Shown here piece after piece: positions 14,350 through 27,173 of a stretch of DNA of 61,701 nucleotides. Under the pieces are notes generated by a model. That model did not search any database, was not told the origin of the DNA, and saw nothing but the letters and a program-made list of their open reading frames with translations. The stretch is from Tubiluchus corallicola (Eukaryota > Animalia > Priapulida). Position 1 is the first letter of the stretch; every line of letters starts with the position of its first letter. A program made the translations under genes and the position numbers. The stretch covers positions 1 through 61,701 of the forward strand of contig JAQGDQ010001116.1 in NCBI GenBank assembly GCA_030141605.1. The letters are read 5' to 3'.

Positions 14350-14525
14350 AGCACAAGAAGGCCCTCCACTCGCATAAAGCTTAAAAAATCGTCTTGAAAT
14401 TCTATACCACTTACATACTGTCTTTTTGCATGCAGGGCTTGCGCCGGCAGCGACGCTGTATAAAACATGCAAACTTAAAATCCCGCGATGACCGTTAGAC
14501 GCAGCCATTTTAATGGTTTTGTCGT
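14346..14525 (-). mobile_element. Family A right-end fragment sharing a TTAA with family B
   Basis: TTAAAGCACAAGAAGGCCCTCC is the reverse complement of the end region 20365-20544. Confidence 0.7.
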
Positions 14526-14643
14526 TTGAGATTTGAGCAGCAGAGAGTGCTAGAATTTTCGTTCATTCTCTCTCAGCTTAAGCATTAAGCCAATGAAGCT
14601 GAGAGAACGAACGAAAATTCTATTACTCTCTGCTGCTCATGTA

Positions 14644-14940
14644 CAGGGTGTCTCAAAAGTCACTATACATTAAGATTTCAAATTTTCTTTTTAAGTTTCT
14701 CTTCAATCTCAGCAAGTTGTTACATGAATTAAAACGGCCTTCGACAATTCTTTTTATTTATTTGTTCCCCGTTGCTATGGCGACGACAGTAGTGTTTGAA
14801 ATGAATTGGAAAATCAGGCTGACATGAAGTCATTCAATCACGGACAGAAGTTCAGCAGAAATTCAAAGCAGCGTATGGACCACACTTCTTTCTCACATTT
14901 AGCAGTGCATCTTTTCAACAAGATGCGGCTCTTTCTCTGA
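14644..14940. mobile_element. Tc1/mariner-type MITE, partial (same family as 28783-29743)
   Basis: TA-CAGGGTGTCTCAAAAGTCACTA terminus; the interior matches the reverse complement of parts of 29200-29743. Confidence 0.7.
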
Positions 14941-15172
14941 ATTGATTGGTTCCGAGAGACTTTTTTCAATGCAAGATACCCGACATGTCATTGGATTCGT
15001 CTCTAAAGGTCTTGACGTCCCTGAAAATGGCTGTGAATTTTTGCAAATCTCATTAGAGCAAGATTTCCAAATTTGCAAATCCTTCTGTCGTTTTGGCCAT
15101 TGAGTAAAATAATTGGTTAAACTTTATTTATTCTTGTGGTTAATGCTACTTGCTGATTATTGTTGTTTATTG

Positions 15173-15478
15173 TGTGGCGTGTGAGGTAGCCACGATGGGC
15201 ATGGCAAACTATCAAGACTTTATTTAATAAACTACACATTTATTAAATATCAAACACAACACGGTAAATATAAGAGGATAGTAATGCCAGCCCTCCGTCC
15301 TCAAGTCAGTTCCTAATCTCCCCCCGAGGTGCGGGCCTCAAAACACTTTTGTCTAACTACCTAATGCGCCGTGAGCTTCTGCGCATAAGGCTTACATCAT
15401 CGATCTTTACTTCTGAGTCAGCTGGTCGAACATCAGCTGGTCACGTGATGTCACACCTAGCTGAGCTTCTAGCCACGA
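15173..15478 (-). mobile_element. Solo-LTR-like element related to 40588-40849
   Basis: Shares GGCAAA.CTAT, AAACTACAC.TTTATT, GATAGTAATGCCA and TCACGTGA with 40588-40849; AATAAA lies on the minus strand. Confidence 0.5.
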
Positions 15479-16252
15479 CGATAGTTTAGTCTTGCATTGT
15501 CAAGCATTTAATCTTGAATTATTAATTTTCTAATTTTATCACCAATTTAATCAAAATCATTATTTAACACAGCTTTCCTTTACTCGTTGTTGTTTCTTTG
15601 TTTTAATTTCTAGTTCAACAACTTTGAAAACCTTAACAAATGCGCCATTTTCTTTTTCAGTGGTTCATTCTCCTCGTTTTCTAACGTTCTCTGCAAGCGA
15701 TATTTGATTCATTTCGCGCGTGGCAACGGCAACTGCTTTCTTTCCGTTTGCCACTCGCTCAGCCGAAATAAACCACAGCAAATCAATCAAGCCATTTCGC
15801 AACAAAAACTGCGTTGTTTCGTAGTTAGTTTCAATGCCGAGTAACATTAGCATGTACATTAATCCACATGCCTAACAAACGTGCAATTCACTGCACTTTA
15901 AATGGGAAAAATAATTCTGAAAGACTTGTAAGGGCGTTTAGTTGTTAATAACGAACCAATCGATGCCTGGCCATTAAAAGTACTTAATGATTTTGCTGTT
16001 TAGTGACGTCATGAAAGCCCACACCCACTTTTATAAAGGCCACCGCCGTAATGCGTGGGCGGCACTTTTCCTGGCAGCATTTATAGGCATATAACAGAGT
16101 ATTAATATTTGATATTTATTTGTTTATTTTAACCATAAATAATAACAAAGTATCAGGCAAAGATAGAAACAGCCAATGGCCATGGAGTTTGCTATGATAA
16201 CTGGACTAATAAAACACAGAATAAGTGAGATTAAGTCTAGTAGAAATATATC

Positions 16253-16400
16253 TTAAGCTGAAAAGTTAAACAGCTTCCGTGTTGATACATTATATGCAAC
16301 CTTGAGTTTGCTAAGATCGTGAGAATAAAAATGTCTCCAAGTGGACAAACAATAAAAAGTAGTGCAGTAAGCGTTAAACAATCTGTTCACGTTAACTGAA
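16253..16400 (-). mobile_element. LINE RT C-terminal fragment
   Basis: RLFNAYCTTFYCLSTW....LSKLKVAYN..RKLF. Confidence 0.65.
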
Positions 16401-17509
16401 CAGTGAGTAAATTTCATGAGTAATGGCGTGATCGAACAGGGAGTTAAAATGAAAACAAACAAAACATTCTTGTAAAGTCTGTACAAGTTATGCATTACAT
16501 TGTGACAAAGCAATACAATTTTTTAGGCTGATTTTTTTTAAACCTACTTCAGGCATCAATTTTCTTTAAGGATTAGTTGCTGATATAGATATTCTATGAC
16601 TTCGTAAAAAGCATGTTGGTAAACAAGTACCTACGGCTTATTATAAAAAGTACTCATACACTTTGACTTTACTGTTGTTGTTGTTGACGTGGCTGATGAC
16701 GTTGTTAAGCTAGAGGGACAATCATTTGGTGACACCCTGTATATCAGTAAGACAAAAGAATGGAGAGGTTAATCATTTCATTTCTAGCACACGGCAAGCA
16801 TTAGCTCAGTTAACATAAAGCTAAACTAATTTCCTTAAAGCTAATGGAAATGCAGTGTATGGATAATGTTATAGATGATAATGACCTTTCCGTTTCTTCA
16901 ACAAGATCACAAAATTAACGTAGATTTAAACACCGCGTGTGGATGCTAGCGGCACCTAGTTGACTTTTTGGTTTCAACCTTGTTTAACGTTGTCATCCAT
17001 TACAGCCAATCAGCTATCAGAAGCCAAATTTAGGTATAGTCATATGACTTTCATGACCTGTTTTACCTGTTCATACTTACACGTATGCGATTAGCTTTTT
17101 CTTCCTGGCCGTAGTTCCGATGAATTCACTAAATACAGTTTTGTTATCCAGGAAGCCATTTAATCACCAAATTGTAAGTTTTGTTAATTAATTTAGACCA
17201 AATTTCTTTATCTTGTAAATTAACGCAATAATCTGCTATTTTTGCTGTGATCAGAAATCGATCAGACGATAATTAGAAACACGTCATATTTTTACTTAGC
17301 TGGTGTAATTTTCACCTGTTAATATGTTAATTATTCTTCTCTTTGTTGTTGAATCACATCTTTATGCTGAATAAATTAATTCCACGTTTATCACACCAGG
17401 TAATGCCGGAGTTAGATTTTTCTTTTGGATATTTTATTTGGGCGCCTCCACACCGCGCATGCGCATAGAGTGGTTCGAACAATACATCAAAAGTGAGTCG
17501 CTCAGCGAC

Positions 17510-17920
17510 GCCAAAGTCTCATTCCGTCTGTTGTTGTAGACATTTGAGACATTACCAATTAATTTTATTAGAGTGTTCCACCCACTCATATCTGCAGCTA
17601 ACAGTGTAAGTTCTTCTGCTACTGAAGATAGATTTGGTTGAAGTTGTGGAACATCTTTATTTATCTTAGCTATCCATCCAAGTTGTTTTAGGTTTGCCAG
17701 GTGGTTTTCTGCAAGGTTTTAGGGCTTCCTTTAAGGCGATTCTTATTGGTGTTTCATTTGGTAATCTTAGAAGATGTCCTAGCCATCTTAATCTTCGGAT
17801 CTTGACTTTTGAACTCCAAGAAATTTCTTTCGTTCTGGTGTATAATCTTCATTTGTGATTATGTATGGCCATGTTAACTTTAAAACTTTCCTTACAAGAT
17901 TTCTATGGAACGTGTCAATC
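17510..17920 (-). mobile_element. RTE-clade LINE 3' fragment, second copy
   Basis: High nucleotide similarity to 1960-2350. Confidence 0.85.
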
Positions 17921-18422
17921 TTGAGTCTCACGTGTCAATCACCATTTTAAATGTTATTTTGTTTATTTATTGTGTTGCTTGCGTGTTTATTGTGCTAAAG
18001 TGAAATCACAAAAATGGTCAATCACATCGTGGCCAGCTCGTCCAGCGCAGGTCTTATTCCATTAAATTAAAAAATATAATTACACATTGTGGTTCAATTC
18101 AACCTCGTTCCTTTCTTTTTCTTTGATATGCAGAAAATGACAAAAAATGATTTTCTTTACGTCTTATGAGCACACCCGAAAATCAGCGCTCAATGGCAGG
18201 ATGCCCCTGATGTGGATGGTTGTGGCGAGACCGCAACCCAGTAATTTATCAAGGACAATTTTCTAAGATGAGAAGCTGAACTGTAGAGGTGTCCCAATTC
18301 CATTCGGATGAACATACATCCTCCTCCTATGAGTATAGTCAGTATGGCAGATGAAAACTGTCATCACAAGTATTGAACCAGAACTAGCCACTCATCCATT
18401 CATTGACCAGTCTTGGTGTTGC

Positions 18423-19055
18423 TAAAAGGAAGACAGGAATGTTTTTCGTTTACTAATTCATCTCATATGAAGTCTGATGAAAATGATACATTTTAACACA
18501 ATTAATACTGCAAAAGTGTTTCCGATAATTAAATAATAGATTAAAAATTTAATTAACGGAGGGCGAGCTCATCTATTAATGACATCACAAACTAACATAA
18601 TTTTCAACAGCAAAAATATTCCACGAGCGTGTTGAACGTGTTTGTGAAAGCGAAAATTGAAGTACATTGCTACTGTAAGAGATTCAGTGTGCTGTACAAA
18701 AATCAGTCAAGTTTTAAGATAAAAATTCAATTTCCAAATTTACTGCTGTGCTCACGCATGAGCTGTCGAACGTGTGCAGTTCGTCACAAACAAACACACC
18801 TGAACTGAGATGTACAGCACCTGTTTTTTTGTGCAATGCGTTTCCGAAATGCAGGCGCTAGTGCATATTTAACTAGAGAATGGCTAAATGCGTGTAACAG
18901 TGAAGAACTAGTGGCGCGAACGCGAAATTGTGTTTATGTGGTAATAATTGTTTCACGTAAGTCGTTTTTGAAAAAAATAGTAAGTTCTCTTTCAATATTT
19001 TAAAGAGTAAATTGTTTTGACCTACAGTTTAAGATTGGGTCCGGTTTTGCTTTAA
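18423..19055 (+). mobile_element. Kolobok-like MITE family C
   Basis: AAAGGAAGACAGG...CCGGTTTTGCTTTAA; colinear with 30378-30968. Confidence 0.75.
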
Positions 19056-19877
19056 TTTCGAGCTTTGATTCGCGTTACTCCAACGTTAGATACAGATTGA
19101 AATATCACAACTAATAATATAGTTATTATCTTTAGTTAATTTTGTAACATCGAAGCATTTAGCAATATTCTAATGTGATTGCGTCTTTGTATGTTCACTG
19201 TGAACATTTTGCTTCAGATTTGACACTAATTTTGCTAAAGCTCATACAGCCGATGACTGTCCACTAATTAGGAAATCAATTTGGCTTACGCGCGTGTAAA
19301 TTCGCAATTGATGATAATCTAGTTTATTTGATGCTCGTTAGGGGGCGCTGTATTCTGTATTTATGTACAGAGAGGGTTCATTAATCACAGTTTTTGCTCA
19401 CATACTTCTGTGCTTTTCTGTTAGATCTTGCTACGGACAGTATAGAGTGCATAATTAAGGCTTGTTCAGTGTTGATACGGTAACGGCAGCGGTAAAGAAA
19501 CGTAGGGGCTTTTCTCGTAAAAACAATCCTTCTCGTGCCGCTTGAATAGAACGGGACAATATACGAAATACAGCAAAACCGGTGAGATAAAAGAAAAAAC
19601 CGTACTTTAAGATTTCCCATGTTGCTGAATCATGAATTATGTTCAAGAACAAGGCTTATTTCGACGGAAGCAGTTCCTGAATTGATTTCGGCGGAAGTGG
19701 TGCTGACATGCCACAGGTATAGCAATGTCTAGAGTCTGTTTGGACTAACCGATGTTCACTTGTCTTGCAGGCAGGTTTCATTTTGATTATAATTTCCCAT
19801 CTCTGTTAGTTTTATGATAAGCGAATGTCGAATGTCAATTAGATGCGATTGACCAAGTCCCTGTTTTCATGTTATGT

Positions 19878-20544
19878 GAAGGACAAGAAAAGGTGCACCT
19901 CAAGTAGGTTTCAGAAAAATCGTATTAAAAAATTACAACATTTTTTTGCACATATCGTACTCGCATTAAAGGAAATTTCTGTTTGTTTTCATTTTAAATC
20001 TCCCGCAGTACTGTTCCGACGACGCCATTACATGACGTCACTATGCCACGCAAATCAGGGGAAGAAAAGGAAATGTTAAATTATGTCCCAAAAAACTTTT
20101 CGTGCAAATCTATATTACTTAGCATTTCACTTACCTGCTGGAAACACTTATGTAACTAAACTAATAATTTAAAATGTTTGTGCCAATTGGTAAAATGTCG
20201 CCGACTCTCCCTCCAGGGTGCGCCACTCACTAGCCAAAAACGTATTTTTGATCTTATTGACAAGATACGGTAATTTAAAATTTTACTTAACTAGCAACAT
20301 GTATGCTACGAATGCTCTGATTATTTTTTCAAACTTTACTTATTGTTATCAAAACTTGTTTCAAACGACCTACCATTAAAATGGCTGCGTCTAACGGTCG
20401 TCGCGGGAGTTTAAATTTACACGTTTTAAACAGCGTTACTGCCGACGCATGCCCTGCATACGAAACGGCAGTATGTAAGTGGTATAAAATTTCGAGACGA
20501 ATTTTTTAAGCTTTATGTAAGTGGAGGGTTTTCTTGTGTTTTAA
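19878..20544 (+). mobile_element. Kolobok-like MITE family A, near full length (about 670 bp)
   Basis: AAGGACAAGAAAAGG...GGTTTTCTTGTGTTTTAA; at least five other partial or complete copies in the window. Confidence 0.8.
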
Positions 20545-21483
20545 AGGAAGTACCAACCCTCGACAACATTTACTGCATTTTAATGTACAATTAAAAATAT
20601 TGAAATCACAATACGAGATATGCGCGTAGAATGCTTTGCTTAAAATGTAAAAGAAATTTAAATATTTTTTATCTCTCACCAAACGAATGTTGATGCCCGC
20701 ATATTTCAAAAAAATGACGTAAGCTGGTGTCTGGTGGGCTGCTGGGCTGTTGTGAAGGCAAGCTGTGTGAAGATACGCGTTGTAAAATTTCTACAGTTTG
20801 CTGAAAAGTTTCATTATTCTAATGTTCTGTTTAACTATCTTTATATAGAAATTAGTCATTCGATCAATTATGATCAAATTTAAAGTGGTTATATTACTTT
20901 AATCTACAGGATTACACCTTAAAATGTGTAAGTAATTAGCATTAATTGTGTAAATAATTAATTTACAGATTTTTGTTGACTTTGAGTTGCACATGTAAAC
21001 TTGCCAGCATACAGTAGGTACCGGGTGGGTTACTTAGTTTATAGAGTTCGCTCTATAAGTTAAAAAGATTCTGAAGCACCTGCCGGGGTAAGTGTTTATA
21101 TTGCACGGAAACAGGATGGCGTCATTTTTCGTCTAAACTGAGCGCCCCAAGCATAAAGTAATCACGACTATATTAAGCCTTTTCTTTTTTATTATGATTT
21201 TTGCATAGGGCCAGCAAAAGTGTAAAAAATAACACTTGTAAAACGGCTACAACGGTACCATTGCTGCTATATTCCGTAATTAGTTTCGTGCCAGATTTTC
21301 TTCTAGTCTTGAGTAGTAATTTTAACGTTAGATGACCTGGCAATTTGACACCGAGAGCCAAGCTGCAACGCGGCTTTAATTAACAGGATGCCGCCTACTG
21401 CGATAAAGCAGAATGCTAAATCATTCTGCTATACTTTTTACCATTTTATTGTTTATTTTGTTTATTATTGACATTTATACATA

Positions 21484-21806
21484 CAGTCAACCCTCGTTAA
21501 ACCGGACTAATGGGGGGGGGTCCGGTTTAGCCGATTGTCCGATTTATCCGATATGCCTATATATGGTCTATATTATACAGGAATAATCACCTTAATAAGG
21601 CCTATATACATTGCACTATATACTATGCTGCATATTACTTTAAAATAGTTAACCTGTGAGGATAAAGAAATTATTGTACAGTTGGCAGGCCGTGTTGAGT
21701 TTAGCGCTCAGGCTCGGACGGAAATCGGTCAGTTTCCTTTACCACGGATGACGTCCGTCTTATCCGATATCCGGGCTAACGGGTCCGGTTTAACGAGGGT
21801 CGACTG
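21484..21806. mobile_element. Tc1/mariner (pogo/Tigger-type) MITE
   Basis: TIR CAGTC(A/G)ACCCTCGTTAAACCGGAC at both ends, with TA target duplication. Confidence 0.9.
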
Positions 21807-21979
21807 TAATTATATTAAAATTGTATAAAAGAAAGAATCAGCAGGCGCATGCGCACTTCCGCTGATCCTATAAAACATAAAAAATACACAAAAATAAAAC
21901 CTCTAAAAACAATACACTAAAATATTGAATATCTCTCATTGTACCTAAATATGAATTATAAACTATATACAACACGTTT

Positions 21980-22947
21980 TATACAATCTATTGTTAAAAG
22001 ACAATTTTGTGTCTCTTCAACTTCAGAGACAACGTCTCATTGCTATCGAAGTATTCAAGATTTTGTCCAAAAACTGCCCGTCCTATCTCTATGGACTGAT
22101 AGAGGAACGAAAGCAAAACCGATACTTCCTCAGAAAAATGAACACTGCAGAACACCCTACATATGATGGTCGTTTTTTCTCCTCTTTTCCTTCTTCCTAT
22201 CCCTAATCTTTCTATTTTTTTCCATTCCATCATGTCTACTAACCCTAACCATTCTTTCATTCACTCATTTGTGCAACCTTAACAAGCCAAGCTTTCAAGG
22301 TGTCATACAGCAACTCTTTTATTCGGTTAATTTGACTTCATCAACGTTTTTTTACCTATAATGTTTCTTTTTGTTTCAATAATATTGTATGTTGATTACA
22401 TTGTATATGTGTTGCTGGAGTGAAATAAATTGATTGATTGATTGATTGATTGTTACATATGGCAAGAAAGGTTTCTCTTATTATGGAACCACATTGTGGA
22501 ATGAAATACCAAACTGTCTCCGAATGGCCGAAAATCTTGGGGAATTTAAACGTCTAATTAACTCATGGACTGGTGCATCATGTAAATGTGCCATTTGTAA
22601 ATTCAGCCAACTTCCCAATTTTGTTAAGTCGTAATTAAATGCTGAAATGTTTGCAGGAAAGTTTTTATTGACCTAGATAGCTTTTTGTGTAAATTTTAGA
22701 AAATGGTACTGCCTAAAATTTTTACTGTCTCAATTCTTAACTGTCTCAATTTTTACTCTCTTCATGTAGTACCAATTTTTCTTGTACGAATACCTCTGGT
22801 GGCATCCAAAACATTTAAGAAGTACATATTATTACCAGGTTATCGCTCATATACATTATGTTTGATATCGGTTTACGAGCTTTAAGCTCATGTTTCAACA
22901 AACCGTTTATATCATACCGATGAAAATAAATATTATCTTATCTTATC
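21980..22947 (+). mobile_element. CR1-group LINE 3' end, interrupted by the 3' end of a second retroposon
   Basis: LQRQRLIAIEVFKIL...PSYL and TYGKKGFSYYGTTLWNEIP...FKRLINSWTG..CKCAIC; tail AATAAA...(TTATC)n. The insert at about 22166-22453 ends AATAAA(TTGA)n. Confidence 0.8.
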
Positions 22948-23505
22948 TAATAGTACGATTTGGATAGAACCAATTACGCCAATGACAGTGTTACGTGTTT
23001 CGATTAACATTAGCTAATCTTTTGACAAATTCATAGCGAGCACTACATGAGTGTTCATAGCATTCCAAATGTTTACAACTCTGTTAGCAAATGCAAATTT
23101 TGATACGACGTTTAATCTCGAAAAAGATTTTACCCACGCGTCATGACGACGTCAGAGATGAGGATGACACCAGGGCAGGAAGGATGATAAGAAAATGTGT
23201 TGACTTTGCTTTTACGGAACATCCGCTCTCTTACGTAGCGTTTTTTTCGTTTCTAATGTGATTTTATTCGACTTCAGTTCATCTTCAACAAGCTTCTTGA
23301 TATCATAATTCCCTAAAAGCCTTACAGCGTTAAGATTAAGCAAAGCTTTTTGTTCTTGTTAAAAGCGTATTACGTTGTAAAGCTGCGTAAGGGTTAAAAT
23401 TAGCGCCAGATTAAAGAATATGGAGGCAGCTAGGGTTGCCCTGGAGATATTGTTAAGCCTCAGTAGAAGTGAGTTTTTTACGTAGTTCAGCTTATATATA
23501 TATAT

Positions 23506-23837
23506 TGTAACGGATCCGGGTTCCAGCGCTATCCGTCTCAGGATGTATAGAGCGGCATACAAGTTATGAAATACTTTACAGCAGACGAGAAAAGTAAAAA
23601 GAATACGAACGTAAAATAAACTTTAATGCACAACCAGTAGCTCCATGACATGTGAACAGACTTTTGTATAAAAATCAGCAAACCTACAGCATTCACCTTT
23701 ACAGACAGAAAGGCCAGGTTGGAATCGTCAAATTACGGCGTGCATTCTGTTTTACAGAGATACATTTGCATTACTGGGCTTCTCAACCATACCCATTACT
23801 AACATTAGGGGGTTAGTCAAAATCCGTCTTCGTAACA
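23506..23837. mobile_element. Solo-LTR-like element
   Basis: TGTAACG...CGTAACA termini, flanked by ATAT/ATAC. Confidence 0.6.
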
Positions 23838-23843
23838 ATACAT

Positions 23844-23929
23844 ACAGTGTCCCCTCCCTACTTCGCGGAAATTCACTTATCGTGGGTGTGCCTGGAACGG
23901 AACACCCGCGATAAGTGATGGACCATTGC
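23844..23929. mobile_element. Short Tigger-like MITE remnant
   Basis: TA-CAGTGTCCCCTC start; internal inverted pair CACTTATCG / CGATAAGTG. Confidence 0.5.
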
Positions 23930-24783
23930 AAACTTTATTTATTTTGAGTGGATTTACAACACAGTAACTATTACGGATCACAGTATTTCCACTATGTGCA
24001 GTGATGGAATATACAATTAGTTAGTTCGAGTATGTAATAACTGAAAATAGTTAATTCAAAGATACGATTAGTTCATTAGTTAATACTTAATTAAAATTTA
24101 CAAAATCCATACAATAGATACGATAACAGAAACGATTCTCGATGTACATGAGCCTATAAGCCCATGCAAAGTAGAAGTTGTAAATTGTAATGTACAATGT
24201 TGCTACTTGATTCAGAAATCCAATACATGTGAAATTAATGCAATTAGTGTAGTATTACCGTTATCATAGCAGTACCTATACTTGATTCTAGCATAAGTTG
24301 TTTATTAATGAGTACTTGATTGAGAGACAGTCTACATAATAACTTAAATGCAACTATACGTACAGTCGGTTAACAAAACGTTTAGTGGACTTTATGTAGT
24401 TCTGTAGCAATTTCAAGAGAATGTCACTGGATGGACGACCTGATCTGAGTTTATGAAAAAAAGCAGTAGTTCGGCTCACTGCGAGTCGTCTGTTGGTTGT
24501 GGCTAAATCGTTACCAAGGAGTCAGGGACAAACCTCTAAGATCTGACACTATGTGTCTTGGTGTTATATGGGTGCAAATGCATCCTTCGGCGAGGCAGTC
24601 ATGATCAGCATGGCAGTGATTCATCAAAACCCTAACCAGGCTCAGTGCTGTTTAACTGTTATAGCTAACTAACAACTATTTAATGTGTTAACTCAACATT
24701 TTGCCCGCATGAAAGCAAACAAGACGTGAAATTGGAGAATTAATCATTTTAGCAAAGTTTCGTTATTTTCATTACTGTCACTA

Positions 24784-24813
24784 TTGTTGTCGTTGTTGCT
24801 CTTGTTGTTGCCG

Positions 24814-24890
<77 letters not shown>

Positions 24891-24894
24891 GCCG

Positions 24895-24951
<57 letters not shown>

Positions 24952-25380
24952 CCGTTGTTGTTGTTGTTGTTGGCGGTGTTGCTGTTGTTGCTCTTGTTGT
25001 TGTCGTCGTTTTTGTTGGTGTTGTTGTTGTTGTTGTTGCTGTTGCTGTTGTCGTTGCTGTTGCTGTTGTCGTTGCTGTTGTTGTTGGTATTGTTGTTGTT
25101 GTTGTTGTTGTTGTTGTCGTTGTCGTCGTCGTTGTTGTCATTGTTGTTGGTGGTGGTGTTGTTCTTGTTGTTGCTGTAGCTGTTGCTGTTGTCGTTGTTG
25201 CTGTTGCTGTTGTCGTTGTTGCTGTTGTTGTTGGTGTTGTTGTTGTTTCTGGCGTTGTTGCTGCTGTTGCTGTTGTTGTTGTTGTTGTTGTCGTCGTCGT
25301 TGTTGTCGTTATTGTTGGTGGTGATGTTGTTCTTGTTGTTGCTGTTGTTGCTGTTGTCGTTGTTGCTGCTGCTGTTGCAT
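24784..25380. repeat. Degenerate (GTT)n microsatellite
   Basis: Seen directly. Confidence 0.95.
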
Positions 25381-25684
25381 GCCCTTCCACCACTACAGTT
25401 GCTACTACCAGCGATTTTGTTACAGCTCCATAACTTCAATAACTGCTGTCAGTTGTTTCTGTGGTTAGGGTACTCCAATTCCACTGTTGTCACGTCTAGT
25501 GTTGTTACATTGTTCTTCTGTATTTTTCCTACTGCTTCTGTTATTACTTTTTCTACCATTTTGTATTGACATAACTAAATATATTGGTTTTGCTTCTTTA
25601 AAATTCACGCTGTCGCTGGCTCGTTACTGATTTTGTTGCTGATGTTGCTCTTATTGCTTCTCTAGCTGATTGTTGCTGGGCTCC

Positions 25685-26343
25685 TGTTGCTGCTATTATG
25701 CTGCTGCTGCTGCTACTGTTACTGCTACTACTGTTGCTGCTGCTGCTACAACTACTGTTGATGCTGCTGCTGCTGCTTCTGTAGTTGCTATGCTGCTGCT
25801 GGTGGTGGTATTGTTACTACTACTGCTGTTGCTGTTACCACTGCTACTATGCTGTTGTTGCTGCTGCTACTGCTACTGCTGCTACTGTTACTGCTACTAC
25901 TGTTGCTGCTGCTGCTGCTACTGTTGATGCTGCTGCTGCTTCTGTAGTTGGTATGCTGCTGCTGCTGCTGCTGCTGCTGGTATTGTTACTACTACTGCTG
26001 TTGCTGTTACCACTGCTACTATGCTGTTGTTGCTGCTGCTGCTTCTGCTTCTGTAGTTGCTATGATGCTGCTGCTATTGTCACTACTACTGCTGTTGCTG
26101 TTACCACTGCTGCTGCTACTGCTGCTGTTGTTGTTGTTGCTGCTGCTGCTATTGGCACTACTACTGCTGTTGCTCTTACCACTGCTACTATGTTGTTGCT
26201 ACTGCTGCTACTGTTGCTGCTGCTGCTGTTGTCACTACTACTGCTGTTGCTGTTACCACTGCTACTGCTGCTGTTGTTGCTGTTGCTACTGCTACTGCTA
26301 CTGCTGCTACTGTTACTATAGCTGGTGCCACTGCCACTGCCAC
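25685..26343. repeat. Degenerate (GCT/ACT/GTT)n low-complexity repeat with internal block duplication
   Basis: Seen directly. Confidence 0.9.
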
Positions 26344-27173
26344 TCTTGTGCTCATTTCATCCTAATCTCAAAACTCCTCTTCTACTTGTGTACATTTACA
26401 TCTACTAAACTTTGTTATCAGATTTTGAATCACTGTGCAAACGCATAACAACGTCATGAAAACTGAACATTAAGACCACTTTTATTCATCTTTTACAGCT
26501 CCACATCAACGGCAGCTGTGTGGACAAAGAAAAGCTTCCCAGTTTTAATTAACTCAGCGGATTTGTGAAGCCTGCAACAATGCCTGGCAGTTGACCATCG
26601 CAGGAGAAGAAAACTCACTTTCTTCAAGTGGTTACTGCTAATTGAAGCCAAAAACTCGTCAGTGGGTCATCTGATGAACTTTGAAACATCCGAGCAGCTC
26701 TGTGTCGGGGAATTTGCCCTAAGCCATGTTTGGTGGCCGAGCAACTGTTTTTAATAAAAATGGCAGATGGTTAGCTTATCTAGGCTTCTAAAGCTGGAGT
26801 ATTATTAAGGAGCTGGTGCTGAGACTGCGTAGTCGAGATTGTGTTGTGGAAAGCGCCTGAATTAGTGCCTTCAACCTGCTTGTACACCTGACAAGTGATT
26901 TGTGAAACAGGCTCAACACCTGGCAACTAAAGTGGGTGTGGTCTCAGAGGGCATCATGAACTTCAAACGTGTGCCAATTGCACAAAATTAAATTAAATTT
27001 ACTGTTGATTAAAAACGATGCATGTTTGTAAGGCGTACATAGTTACCCCAAATATTTCTCTTGGTACTGGTGAAACGTGAATTGTTTCTTAATTAAAATT
27101 GAAAATTGGTGAAGCAAAGACGTTCTTGTGAGGTCAGATTGCTTGAAGATCAACAGCAGTATCTCATCAAGAC

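Noticed and set aside
24612-24660. 5S rRNA-like stretch on the minus strand (similar at about 18385-18425)
   Set aside because: Only about 40 degenerate nucleotides; at most a SINE remnant, not an rRNA gene.
24744-26448. Mucin-like poly-T, poly-N and Cys-rich ORFs
   Set aside because: Low-complexity triplet repeats open in several frames, with no supporting gene structure.
26665-26700. CTGATGA...GAAAC hammerhead-like motif in the GPCR leader
   Set aside because: No stem II and no stem I pairing.
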